Shown piece after piece: positions 11,498-19,697 of a DNA stretch of 64,000 bases. Position numbers and translations under genes: made by a program. The stretch lies in the NCBI GenBank assembly GCA_963666515.2, contig OY762897.2, forward strand, positions 896,001-960,000, written 5' to 3'. Within the stretch, counting starts at the first letter, position 1; each line of letters starts with the position of its first letter. The DNA is from Candidatus Binatia bacterium. GTDB lineage: Bacteria > Desulfobacterota > Binatia > UBA9968 > JAJDTQ01. The notes beneath the pieces are model-generated. The model was given only the letters and a program-made list of their open reading frames with translations. It was not told the origin of the DNA and searched no databases.

Positions 11498-11606
11498 GAG
11501 AGACCTCCGTTCCGTATCAGGATAGACCCTGGACACGGGCTTTTCAACTTTTCGATGCGGGAGAGGCCTCGCGGCGGCCCTGCTACCCGCTCCGCCGGCG
11601 CCCCGG

Positions 11607-12872
11607 TCAGACTGCCTTTGCCTTCTCCTGCGGTTCCTGCGACAGCTCGCCGTACAGCGCGTCGAACGTGCCCAGGGCCGCGTCGATGCTGTAGGGCCGG
11701 TCGATGATGTGGGCCACGGTCTCCACGGTCTTGTAGCCGTTACCGGTGATGGAGATGACGATGGACTCGTCCCGCGGAATGCGGCCCTGCTCGATGAGCT
11801 TTTTCGTCACCGCCACCTCCGTGCCTCCCGCCGGCTCGGTGAAGATGCCCTCGGTGGACGCCAGCAGCCTGATGCCGTCGAGAATCTCGTCGTCCGTGAC
11901 GTTCTCGCCCCAGCCGCCGGACTCCTTGACGGTCTGGATCACGTAGTACCCGTCGGCCGGGTTGCCGATGGCGATGGAGGTGGCGATGGTGTCGGGCTTC
12001 ACCGGATCCACCACGTCGGTGCCCTTCTTCAGGGCGTCGATGATGGGCGAGCAGCCCGCGGCCTGGGCCGAGTAGATGGCGCAGGGCTCGTCCGGGTCCA
12101 CCAGCCCCACCTTCCGAAGCTCCTTGAACGCCTTGCCCAGCTTGGGAAGGATGGTCCCGCCCGCGGAGCCCACGACGATGTGGCGCGGCAGCTTCCAGCC
12201 GAGCTGTTCGGCCACCTCGAAGGCGTGGGTCTTGGCGCCCTCGGAGTAGTAGGGCCTGAGGTTCACGTTGACGAAGGCCCACTGGTACTTGTCGCCGATC
12301 TCGCTGCACAGGCGGTTCACGTCGTCGTAGGTCCCCTTGATGGCGACGGTGCGCGGGCCGTAGATGGCCGAGCCGACGATCTTCGCCTCCTCCAGCCCCT
12401 CGGGGATGAAGACGTAGCAGTTGAGCCCGGCGCTGGCGGCGTGGGCCGAGACCGAGTTGGCCAGATTGCCGGTGGAGGCGCACGACACGGTCTCGTAGCC
12501 GAACTCGACGGCCTTGGAGATGGCCACCGACACCACCCGGTCCTTGTAGGAGAAGGTCGGGTGGTTCACCGAGTCGTCCTTGAGGTACAGTTCGTCCACG
12601 CCCAGCGCCTCGCCCAGCCGGTGCGCCCGGATGAGCGGCGTGAACCCCGAGTAGAGGCCCACCCGGGGCTCACCCTCGATGGGCAGCATCTCGCGGTAGC
12701 GCCACAGGTTGCGCGCCCGGGAGGCGATTTTCTCCCGGCTGACGCTCTTGCGGATGCCGTCGTAGTCGTACTCCACCTCGAGCGGGCCGAAGCAGTCCTC
12801 GCACACGTGGAGGGGCGCGATGGGATACTCCCGCAGGCACTCCCGGCATTTCAGTCCCTGGACGAAGCTCAT
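11607..12872 (-). CDS. Threonine synthase-like PLP enzyme (possible O-phosphohomoserine sulfhydrylase)
   Basis: N-terminal Zn ribbon, HPTFSYKDR, CASTGNLA, IAIGNPADG, ITGNGYK. Confidence 0.85.
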   Translation of the reverse strand: MSFVQGLKCRECLREYPIAPLHVCEDCFGPLEVEYDYDGIRKSVSREKIASRARNLWRYREMLPIEGEPRVGLYSGFTPLIRAHRLGEALGVDELYLKDDSVNHPTFSYKDRVVSVAISKAVEFGYETVSCASTGNLANSVSAHAASAGLNCYVFIPEGLEEAKIVGSAIYGPRTVAIKGTYDDVNRLCSEIGDKYQWAFVNVNLRPYYSEGAKTHAFEVAEQLGWKLPRHIVVGSAGGTILPKLGKAFKELRKVGLVDPDEPCAIYSAQAAGCSPIIDALKKGTDVVDPVKPDTIATSIAIGNPADGYYVIQTVKESGGWGENVTDDEILDGIRLLASTEGIFTEPAGGTEVAVTKKLIEQGRIPRDESIVISITGNGYKTVETVAHIIDRPYSIDAALGTFDALYGELSQEPQEKAKAV

Positions 12873-13657
12873 GCGTGACTCCTTTGGGAAGCCGGCGCCC
12901 CGACGAATGCGCCGCAGGCCTTGCAGCGGGGGTTGGGCGGCACCGGCACGTTGCGTATTTCCATGGTCTTGGCGTCGTAGGTCAGCAGGCGGTTCACCAG
13001 CAGGTGCTCCTCCAGGCCGACGATGTACTTGATGGCCTCGGTGGCCTGGATGGAGCCGATGGTTCCCGCCACCGCGCCCAGGATGCCCGCCTGCTGGCAG
13101 CCCAGCACCTCGCCCGGCGCCGGCGGCTCCTCGAACAGGCAGCGGTAGCAGGCGCTGTCGGGCGGCGTCACCGTCATGGTCTGGCCCTGCAGGCGGACGA
13201 TCCCCGCGTGGGAGAAGGGCTTGCCCAGGGAGACGGCCACGTCGTTAACCAGGAACTTGGTGTCGAAGTTGTCGCTGCCGTCGATGATGAAGTCGTAGGG
13301 CTCCATCAGCTCTGCGGCGTTGTCCCCGGTCAGGCGCACGTCGTGGACCTCCACGTCCACCTCGGCGTTGAGTTCGCGCAGCCGGGACCTGGCCGATTCC
13401 ACCTTGTGGCGTCCCCGGTCCGCGGTGGTGTGGAGGATCTGCCGCTGCAGGTTGGAAAGGTCCACCGTGTCGCCGTCCACGATGCCGAGCCGTCCGAGGC
13501 CGGCGGCGGCCAGATAGAACGCCGCGGGGCTGCCCAGGCCGCCGGCGCCCACCACCAGCACGCTCGCCTGCCGCAGGCGGATCTGCCCGCCGCCCCCGAT
13601 GTCGGGGACCATGATCTGGCGGCTGTACCGCTCGACTTGCTCAGGCGTAAGACGCAT
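12869..13657 (-). CDS. HesA/MoeB/ThiF family adenylyltransferase
   Basis: RYSRQ, GAGGLG, SNLQRQ, DGSDNF, CYRC and C-terminal CKAC. Confidence 0.93.
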   Translation of the reverse strand: MRLTPEQVERYSRQIMVPDIGGGGQIRLRQASVLVVGAGGLGSPAAFYLAAAGLGRLGIVDGDTVDLSNLQRQILHTTADRGRHKVESARSRLRELNAEVDVEVHDVRLTGDNAAELMEPYDFIIDGSDNFDTKFLVNDVAVSLGKPFSHAGIVRLQGQTMTVTPPDSACYRCLFEEPPAPGEVLGCQQAGILGAVAGTIGSIQATEAIKYIVGLEEHLLVNRLLTYDAKTMEIRNVPVPPNPRCKACGAFVGAPASQRSHA

Positions 13658-13697
13658 CGCCGTGTGCTCCGGGCGAAGATTCAACGACACTCAAACG

Positions 13698-13731
13698 AAA
13701 AAAAACCTCTTCCAAGATGAGAAGAGGTTTT
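13698..13731 (-). terminator. Intrinsic terminator of the SAM riboswitch expression platform
   Basis: On the minus strand, AAAACCTCTTC-TCATCTTG-GAAGAGGTTTTTTTT: a hairpin followed by a T-tract. Confidence 0.88.
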
Positions 13732-13736
13732 CTCCT

Positions 13737-13842
13737 CACCTTATCTGTCCCTTGCGGGCCGGAATTAGCACCTGTGTCCCCTCCGGGAACACGGTTGCTG
13801 TGGCTTCGACGGGCCTGTCCCTCCACCACTCTGGATAAGGTG
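13737..13842 (-). ncRNA. SAM-I (S-box) riboswitch aptamer
   Basis: Minus strand CACCTTATCCAGAG..GGTGGAGGGACAGGCCC..GAAGCC..GCAACC...GGTGCTAATTCC...GATAAGGTG, matching the S-box consensus with a paired P1 stem. Confidence 0.93.
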
Positions 13843-13945
13843 TCCAGTTCTTTGCAAGGATTCTACACGGTTTTTCCCGATTGCGCAATTTCCCTTGTGC
13901 TTCGCATGGAGGGGACCTGAAGGCCGCTCGCTGCTTCTCTCCAGT

Positions 13946-14212
13946 TTATTTGTCGGAGGCCGACAGACTATCCTTGAGGGCTTGAAACCGGGATTCGTCG
14001 AGCCCTGTCGCCGTTTCGATCACATCCCAGGCCACTCCCGCCCTCAACATACCTTCAACCGCCTTCAACGTGCCCTGCCGTTCCCCCTCTTCCCGACCTC
14101 CCCGCCAACCTTCCTGACGACCTTCCTGACGACCTTCCTGGCGGCCTTCCTGACGGCCTTCCTGGCGGCCTTCCTGTCTGCCTTCTTGCAGGAGTTGTTG
14201 GGCATACGACAT
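13946..14212 (-). CDS. Predicted internally translated small C-terminal Rpn protein (RpnS-like)
   Basis: In-frame ATG at 14212 preceded by AAGGAGGTGA; 88 aa starting MSYAQQLLQEGRQE. Confidence 0.65.
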   Translation of the reverse strand: MSYAQQLLQEGRQEGRQEGRQEGRQEGRQEGRQEGWRGGREEGERQGTLKAVEGMLRAGVAWDVIETATGLDESRFQALKDSLSASDK

Positions 14213-14965
14213 GATCTCACCTCCTTGCTCTCGACCATGGCGCCGTAGCGCTTCACCGAACGCCTCCACCACCTCGCGCTCCTGGGTCGCCATCACATAC
14301 CTGATGAAGACCCTTACATAGTTCATCCCGCCTGCCATCGGCAACGACGATGCCAGCCGCGCCGCCTGCTCCAGAGCCTCCCGCAAATGGCGGTCGAACG
14401 CCGCCATCATCAACAACTGCGCCACGCGACCCCTCTCCCCGCCTCCCACTCCCCCGGGCTCCAGCCCCGTCGCGTCCAGCAGCAGGTGCTCGAACCGCGG
14501 CACCCACGGCCACCGCCGCAACCCCGCCGGGAACAGGTCCGCAAACTCCCTCGAATGCCGCCACCCGTCACGCCCCTGGTAGAATACCAACGGCACGATG
14601 GGACGTAACCCCGGCTCTCCCGTCGAAGTCTCTCCCTCCCGAAGACTCGCGTCCCATATCCGGCAGCAGTACTTCAGCAGCCGAAACCGCATCCACCCAT
14701 CCGGCGTCGATTGATGCTCCAGCAGCACGTACAGCCACACCCGCTCCCCACTCCCCGCGTGCTCCACCTCGTACAACAGGTCCGATTCGCTCTCCCGCAG
14801 GGTGTCGTCCAGGAACGTCCCCTCCAGCAGCGTCAGCGTCTCCCAGTCCAGTTCCTCCCGTAGCGCCGGCGGCAGAGCCGTCTGCATCAGACTCCCGGCC
14901 TCCGCAGCATCCGAGAACACCGCGCGAAACAGCTTGTCGTGGGGATTGCGGACTTCGTCGGCCAT
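13946..14965 (-). CDS. Rpn family recombination-promoting nuclease / putative transposase
   Basis: PHDKLFR, ESDLLY, LLEHQS, PIVPLVFYQG, C-terminal (GRQE)n repeats. Confidence 0.92.
   Translation of the reverse strand: MADEVRNPHDKLFRAVFSDAAEAGSLMQTALPPALREELDWETLTLLEGTFLDDTLRESESDLLYEVEHAGSGERVWLYVLLEHQSTPDGWMRFRLLKYCCRIWDASLREGETSTGEPGLRPIVPLVFYQGRDGWRHSREFADLFPAGLRRWPWVPRFEHLLLDATGLEPGGVGGGERGRVAQLLMMAAFDRHLREALEQAARLASSLPMAGGMNYVRVFIRYVMATQEREVVEAFGEALRRHGREQGGEIMSYAQQLLQEGRQEGRQEGRQEGRQEGRQEGRQEGWRGGREEGERQGTLKAVEGMLRAGVAWDVIETATGLDESRFQALKDSLSASDK
14109..14188. repeat. 12-bp tandem repeat (about 6.5 copies) encoding GRQE
   Basis: ccttcctgacga / ccttcctggcgg units. Confidence 0.9.
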
Positions 14966-14992
14966 CCCTTGTTCTCCACCTCTTCTCCACCT

Positions 14993-15214
14993 CTAGTCCA
15001 TGGAGCACGCTCCCGGTCCCCGCGGGTCGCCGCAGCTTCCGCAGGCGCCAGCCACGGGCATCGGATCGTCCCCGCCGCCGTTGACCGCGAACACCGAAAG
15101 CAGCCGCTCTAGCTGTTGGCTGTTGCAGGAAGGGCAGGCCGGGTTGGCGGCGCCCAGGACCAGATCCTCGAACTCGTGGCCGCAACCCTTGCACTGGAAT
15201 TCATATAGGGGCAT
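14993..15214 (-). CDS. FmdB-family zinc ribbon protein
   Basis: MPLYEFQCKGCGHEFE...CPSC...CGSCG. Confidence 0.88.
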   Translation of the reverse strand: MPLYEFQCKGCGHEFEDLVLGAANPACPSCNSQQLERLLSVFAVNGGGDDPMPVAGACGSCGDPRGPGACSMD

Positions 15215-15303
15215 GACTGTTCTCCTTCCGCCGGCCCGATACGCCGCGCGTCACGTTGTAGCAGTATACTCTGCCGACAGCCGGTGTAAAACAAGGAGAG
15301 CCC

Positions 15304-16404
15304 ATGCTGTTCCTGAACAACGACGATGTAGCCCGCGTCATCGACATGCCGCTGTGCCTGGACTCCCTGGAGAGGCTCTTTCAGGAGTTGGCCAAGGGGG
15401 ACGCCGTAGGCATGGGGCGCATGGACATGTACGTGCCGTCGGAGCAGGAGGCCCCCTACCACCGCCTCGCTCTGATGGTCGGGGGCAGCCGGAACGACGG
15501 CTACGCGTGCATCCGCATCATCTCCGACATGGTGAGCTGGCCCCTGGTGCACGGCCACCGGAGGGAGAACAAGTACGCCCGCGAGCCCGGCACTTGGTGC
15601 GGCCTGCTGCTGCTCTTCAGCACCCGCGATGCCACTCCCGTGGCCATCATGAACGACGGCCGGCTCCAGCACGACCGCGTCGGCGCCGGGGCGGGACTCG
15701 GGGCCAAGTACCTGGCGCGGGAGGACAGCCATACCGTGGCGATGATCGGCTCCGGCGGCATGGCCCGGAGCTATCTCGACGCGCTCTGCCACGTGCGGCC
15801 CATCGACAGGGTCAAGGTCTTCAGCCTGAATCCGGCCAACGCGCGGCAGTATGCCGAGGAGATGAGGGCGCGGCACGAGATCGACGTGGAAGTGGCCCCG
15901 GACCCGCGGGCGGCGGTGCGCGGAGCCGACATCGTGTGCTGTTGCGCCTCGGCCATCGAGCCGGTGTTCTTCATCGACTGGCTGGAGCCGGGCATGACCG
16001 TCATCGACGTCAACCGCAACTCGGTGGAGCCGGGCTTCCTTCAAGCGGTGGACATCGCGGTCCGTCCCGGCGACGCCACGCCCTACCTGGAGAAGCTTCC
16101 GCCGGAGGCTTTCTACGCGCGGGGAGGCTACCTCGGCTACGTGGCGGGTCAGGAGGACGAGCGGGCGCTGGTGCCGCGGGTGAACCTGACGCCCGAAATC
16201 GTGGACATCTCCAAGCTGCCCGATCTCATGAGCGGCCGCATCCCGGGGCGGACCAGCCCGGAACAGACCACGTGGTTCATGAACATCGGCGCCATCGGCC
16301 CCCAGTTCTGCGCCGTCACCGCGGCCGTCTACGAACGCGCGCGCGAGCAGGGGCTCGGCCGGGAGATTCCCACCGACCTGTTCCTGGGGAATATCCGCGC
16401 CTGA
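15304..16404 (+). CDS. Ornithine cyclodeaminase/mu-crystallin family protein
   Basis: RVGAGAGLGAKYLAR, Rossmann motif IGSGGMA, AVYERAREQGLG. AAGGAG RBS. Confidence 0.87.
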   Translation: MLFLNNDDVARVIDMPLCLDSLERLFQELAKGDAVGMGRMDMYVPSEQEAPYHRLALMVGGSRNDGYACIRIISDMVSWPLVHGHRRENKYAREPGTWCGLLLLFSTRDATPVAIMNDGRLQHDRVGAGAGLGAKYLAREDSHTVAMIGSGGMARSYLDALCHVRPIDRVKVFSLNPANARQYAEEMRARHEIDVEVAPDPRAAVRGADIVCCCASAIEPVFFIDWLEPGMTVIDVNRNSVEPGFLQAVDIAVRPGDATPYLEKLPPEAFYARGGYLGYVAGQEDERALVPRVNLTPEIVDISKLPDLMSGRIPGRTSPEQTTWFMNIGAIGPQFCAVTAAVYERAREQGLGREIPTDLFLGNIRA

Positions 16405-16448
16405 CCGCCCGATTTCCGGCCATGCCGTTGCGCCCGCGGGTATGTCGT

Positions 16449-16472
16449 GCAGGGGCGGGTTCAGACCCGCCC
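16449..16472. repeat. REP-like palindrome (GCAGGGGCGGG-loop-CCCGCCC); related copy at 18646-18670
   Basis: Intergenic GC hairpin between convergent genes, with a second near-identical copy. Confidence 0.55.
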
Positions 16473-16502
16473 ACGCCCTCCCCTCGACGCGCGCGCGGAC
16501 GG

Positions 16503-17375
16503 CTACGAAGGCTTCGTCAAGGCGTCCTCCAGCTCCAGGAACTCGTCCATGCGCAGCACTTCGTGGTATTCCGCCAGCGACGCCATACGGTCCCGGCGGC
16601 TCCGGGTGGTCCCTTCCTGCCGCAGGGCGGCCAGGGCGTCGCTTACCGCCCTCACCAGGGTGTAACGGACGGTTCCCGGGAACAGCGCCAGCTTGTAGCC
16701 TTCCGCGGCCATTTCGGGAACCGTCAGGGCGGACGCGGGGATGGCTTCGTCCATGTTGACCACCAGGGGACCCGGGATGCCGTTGCGTATTTCACGGAGT
16801 TCATCGAGAGTGCCCGGCGCCTGCACGAAGATCGCATCGGCGCCGGCCTCGTGGTAGGCGCACCCGCGCCGGACGGCCTCGCCCAAGCCGCCCGAGGACC
16901 AAGCCAGGGTGCGCGCGACGATGACGGTGTCCGGGTCGGTTCGGGCTGCCGTGGCGGCGCGAACTTTCTCCACCATCTCGGTTGCGGGAACCAGCGGGTG
17001 TCCGCCTTCGAGCAAACCGCATCGCTTGGCCGGCGCCTGGTCCTCGATCTGGATCGCCGCCGCGCCCGCGCGCTCCAATGCCGCTACGGTCCGGTGCACC
17101 TGCAGCGGGCCGCCGAAGCCGGTGTCGGCGTCCACCACCAGGGGAATGCGCAGCACCCGGCAGATGTTCCCCACGTGCGCGATGAGCGCGTCGGCGGACA
17201 GGAAACCCAGGTCCGGAAGCCCCAGGATGCTGGCCGTGGCGGCGTTGCCGCCGAGCAGGGCAACGCGGAAACCGGCCCGCTCCGCGAGCAGCGCCGTCAA
17301 GGCGTCGTGAACGCCGGGCGCTGCAAGGCAGCCGTCCCCGGCCATTGCATCCCGCAACCGTGAGGCGCTAGTCAT
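16503..17375 (-). CDS. Isocitrate lyase/PEP mutase family protein
   Basis: GLPDLG, DADTGFG, IEDQ..KRCG, AGADAIF. Confidence 0.9.
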   Translation of the reverse strand: MTSASRLRDAMAGDGCLAAPGVHDALTALLAERAGFRVALLGGNAATASILGLPDLGFLSADALIAHVGNICRVLRIPLVVDADTGFGGPLQVHRTVAALERAGAAAIQIEDQAPAKRCGLLEGGHPLVPATEMVEKVRAATAARTDPDTVIVARTLAWSSGGLGEAVRRGCAYHEAGADAIFVQAPGTLDELREIRNGIPGPLVVNMDEAIPASALTVPEMAAEGYKLALFPGTVRYTLVRAVSDALAALRQEGTTRSRRDRMASLAEYHEVLRMDEFLELEDALTKPS

Positions 17376-17499
17376 GGTGTATCCTCCCTGACCGTTCGAC
17401 CAACCGGGTGGTTGTGGGTATCATTCAGTAGCCCGGGGCCGGCCGCAAGGCAACGCGTGGCCCCGGGAGGTTGAGCCGGGCGGCAGGCCGCCAAGTCCC

Positions 17500-18603
17500 A
17501 TGAGAATCACCGGCATCGACATCCATCCCCTGCGGATTCCCCTGAAGGGGGTTTTCCGCAACGCCCATGACACCAAGACCCGGCAGGACAGCATCGTGGT
17601 GCGGGTGCGCACGGACGAGGGCGCCGCGGGTCTGGGCAACGTCGACCCCGACCCCGGCCACTCCGAGGAGAGCTTCGGCGAGACCCTGAAGGCGGTGCGG
17701 GCGCTGGCGCCGAGTCTCACCGGCCGCGACCCGCTGAACGTCTCGGCCGCGCTGGAGATCATGGACCGCTGCCTGCCGCGCCACCTGGACGCCAAGGCGG
17801 CTCTGGAAATGGCGCTCTTTGACCTCAAGGGCAGGGTCATGGACCAGCCGGTGCACGCGCTCCTGGGCGGGAAGCTCAGGGATGAGGTACGGCTCAACGG
17901 CTGGATCGGCATGTTGGAGCCGGACGAGGCCGCGCGGGAGGCACTGGGCTGGCGCGACGCCGGCTTCGGCTCGGTGAAGATCAAGTTGGGCTCCGGCGTC
18001 GAGTCCGACCGTGACCGGGTGGCGGCGGTGCGCGGAACGGTAGGCGGCAGTCTGAAACTGCGGGTGGATGCCAACGAGGCCTACGGCGTAGATGACGCCA
18101 TCCGTCTGGGCAGGGCGCTGGCGCCGCTGGACGTGGCGCTGCTGGAGCAGCCGGTGGCCCGCGCCGACTACGCGGGCCTGGCGCGGGTGCGGCGCAGCAT
18201 CGACATCCCGGTGATGGCCGACGAAGCCATCGTCGGGCCGGAGACCCTGGTGGAGGTCATTCGGAAGGAAGCCGCGGACATCGTCAAGGTGAAGGTGATG
18301 AAACAGGGCGGGATCACCCGCACCGTCCGCATGGTCCACATGGCCGAGGCCGCCGGCGTCCAGTGCGTCATCGGCCACGGGTTCGGTCTCGCCATCAACA
18401 CGCTGGCGGAGATTCACGTGGCCGCGAGCTGCGCCAACGTCATGGACGGCTGCGAGTCCGTGGGTCCGCTCAAGATGGGCGGCGACGTGGTGGAGCAGCC
18501 ACTGGACCTGCGAGAAGGGCGGGTGCCGGTCCCCAACGGCCCGGGGCTCGGCGCAGAGCTGGCGGAGTCGGAACTGCGGCGCTGGGCAATGCCGGCGCCC
18601 TGA
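17500..18603 (+). CDS. Mandelate racemase/muconate lactonizing enzyme family protein
   Basis: KIK, DANE, EQP and DE metal ligands, KVMK. Confidence 0.9.
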   Translation: MRITGIDIHPLRIPLKGVFRNAHDTKTRQDSIVVRVRTDEGAAGLGNVDPDPGHSEESFGETLKAVRALAPSLTGRDPLNVSAALEIMDRCLPRHLDAKAALEMALFDLKGRVMDQPVHALLGGKLRDEVRLNGWIGMLEPDEAAREALGWRDAGFGSVKIKLGSGVESDRDRVAAVRGTVGGSLKLRVDANEAYGVDDAIRLGRALAPLDVALLEQPVARADYAGLARVRRSIDIPVMADEAIVGPETLVEVIRKEAADIVKVKVMKQGGITRTVRMVHMAEAAGVQCVIGHGFGLAINTLAEIHVAASCANVMDGCESVGPLKMGGDVVEQPLDLREGRVPVPNGPGLGAELAESELRRWAMPAP

Positions 18604-18715
18604 TCCACAGGTAGCAACAGTCAACCCGCGCGGCGCAAGCAACGTGCAGGGGCGGGTTTCAAACTTGCCCGTGCCCGGTTCTTGCCATCGTCGCGGCACT
18701 CCAGGGAGGCACATC

Positions 18716-19222
18716 ATGAATCAGACCGTAGGCGCGAAGTTTCCGGATCTGGCCCTCAAGGACCACACGGGCCAGGAGGCGGCATTGTCGGGGATCACGG
18801 AGGGCAGGTTCCCCCTCATCGTGGCGTTCTATCGCGGCTACTGGTGAGGGAAGTGCGTGGTGCAGTTGCGCCACTTGGTCACCCTCCAGGAGGAGCTTCC
18901 CTCCGCCTATTGCCGGGTCGCCGTCGTCAGCGTGGACCCGCCGCCGGTGAACGGTGCGCTCAGGAACGGCCTCGGGGCGACGTTCCCGTTCCTGAGCGAC
19001 CACGAGCACAAGGCCATCGAGGCCCTGGACATCGTCGACACCTCGGACAAGAAGCACGGGACCATCGCGATTCCGTACGCCTTCTCGTTGCTGCCCGACC
19101 TCACGGTCCATCGCATCTACAATGGCTGGTACTACGTGGGCCGGCCCACCAACGAGGAGCTGCGGGCCGACATGCGGGCCATGATCCAGCAATGCCGGAA
19201 AGACTACGACCCGCAGGCATGA
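18716..19222 (+). CDS. Peroxiredoxin-like/AhpC-TSA redoxin, predicted selenoprotein (UGA at 18845-18847)
   Basis: Two track ORFs are in one frame joined by TGA: FYRGYW-U-GKC (UxxC). A hairpin lies immediately downstream. GGAGG RBS. Confidence 0.85.
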
Positions 19223-19246
19223 GCTTGGAGTGGGAGACCGCTTCCC

Positions 19247-19275
19247 GTCACCCCGGGCTTGACCCGGGGTCCAGG
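19247..19275. repeat. REP-like element GTCA-palindrome-CCAGG
   Basis: gtcaccccgggcttgacccggggtccagg; relatives at 28599, 30302, 32217 and 52085. Confidence 0.7.
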
Positions 19276-19343
19276 GGGCTGGGGGCGGGGCCAAGCCCCG
19301 TCCCCGGTGGTCCGCCCGCCGGTTTTGTGCTAATTCCAGCCCC

Positions 19344-19601
19344 ATGATTCAGCCACAAGAGATCGAGGATACGCTGGGGCGGGTGTTCCCGGGCTGTCTG
19401 GTGCCGATGATCAAGGACCTGACCGGCGGGGGAGACCACTACCAGGTGGTCATCGTGCACGATTCCTTCGCCGGCAAGGGTCTCATCGACCAGCACAAGA
19501 TGGTCTACGAGGCTCTGAAAGACGAGCTTGGCGACGAACGCATACACGCGCTTTCGTTGAAGACCTTCTCTCCCGAGCAGTGGGAGAAATACGGCGCGTG
19601 A
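19344..19601 (+). CDS. BolA family protein
   Basis: GDHYQVVIV..F.GK.LIDQHKMVYEAL...IHALSLKT. Confidence 0.92.
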   Translation: MIQPQEIEDTLGRVFPGCLVPMIKDLTGGGDHYQVVIVHDSFAGKGLIDQHKMVYEALKDELGDERIHALSLKTFSPEQWEKYGA

Positions 19602-19697
19602 CGTCCACGGGAACGGCATAGCGCCTGGAGCGCTCGCCGGCGTCTCTTTCTTTCCGCCGCTCGGCGGAAGAACTTCAACGGCCTTCCGGGAGGTAAC

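Noticed and set aside
14109-14188. Tandem repeat as a CRISPR array
   Set aside because: The 12-bp units have no spacers and lie inside the Rpn coding sequence; no cas genes in the window.
15000-17363. 787-aa plus-strand ORF
   Set aside because: An Arg/Pro-rich alternate frame overlapping three well-supported genes.
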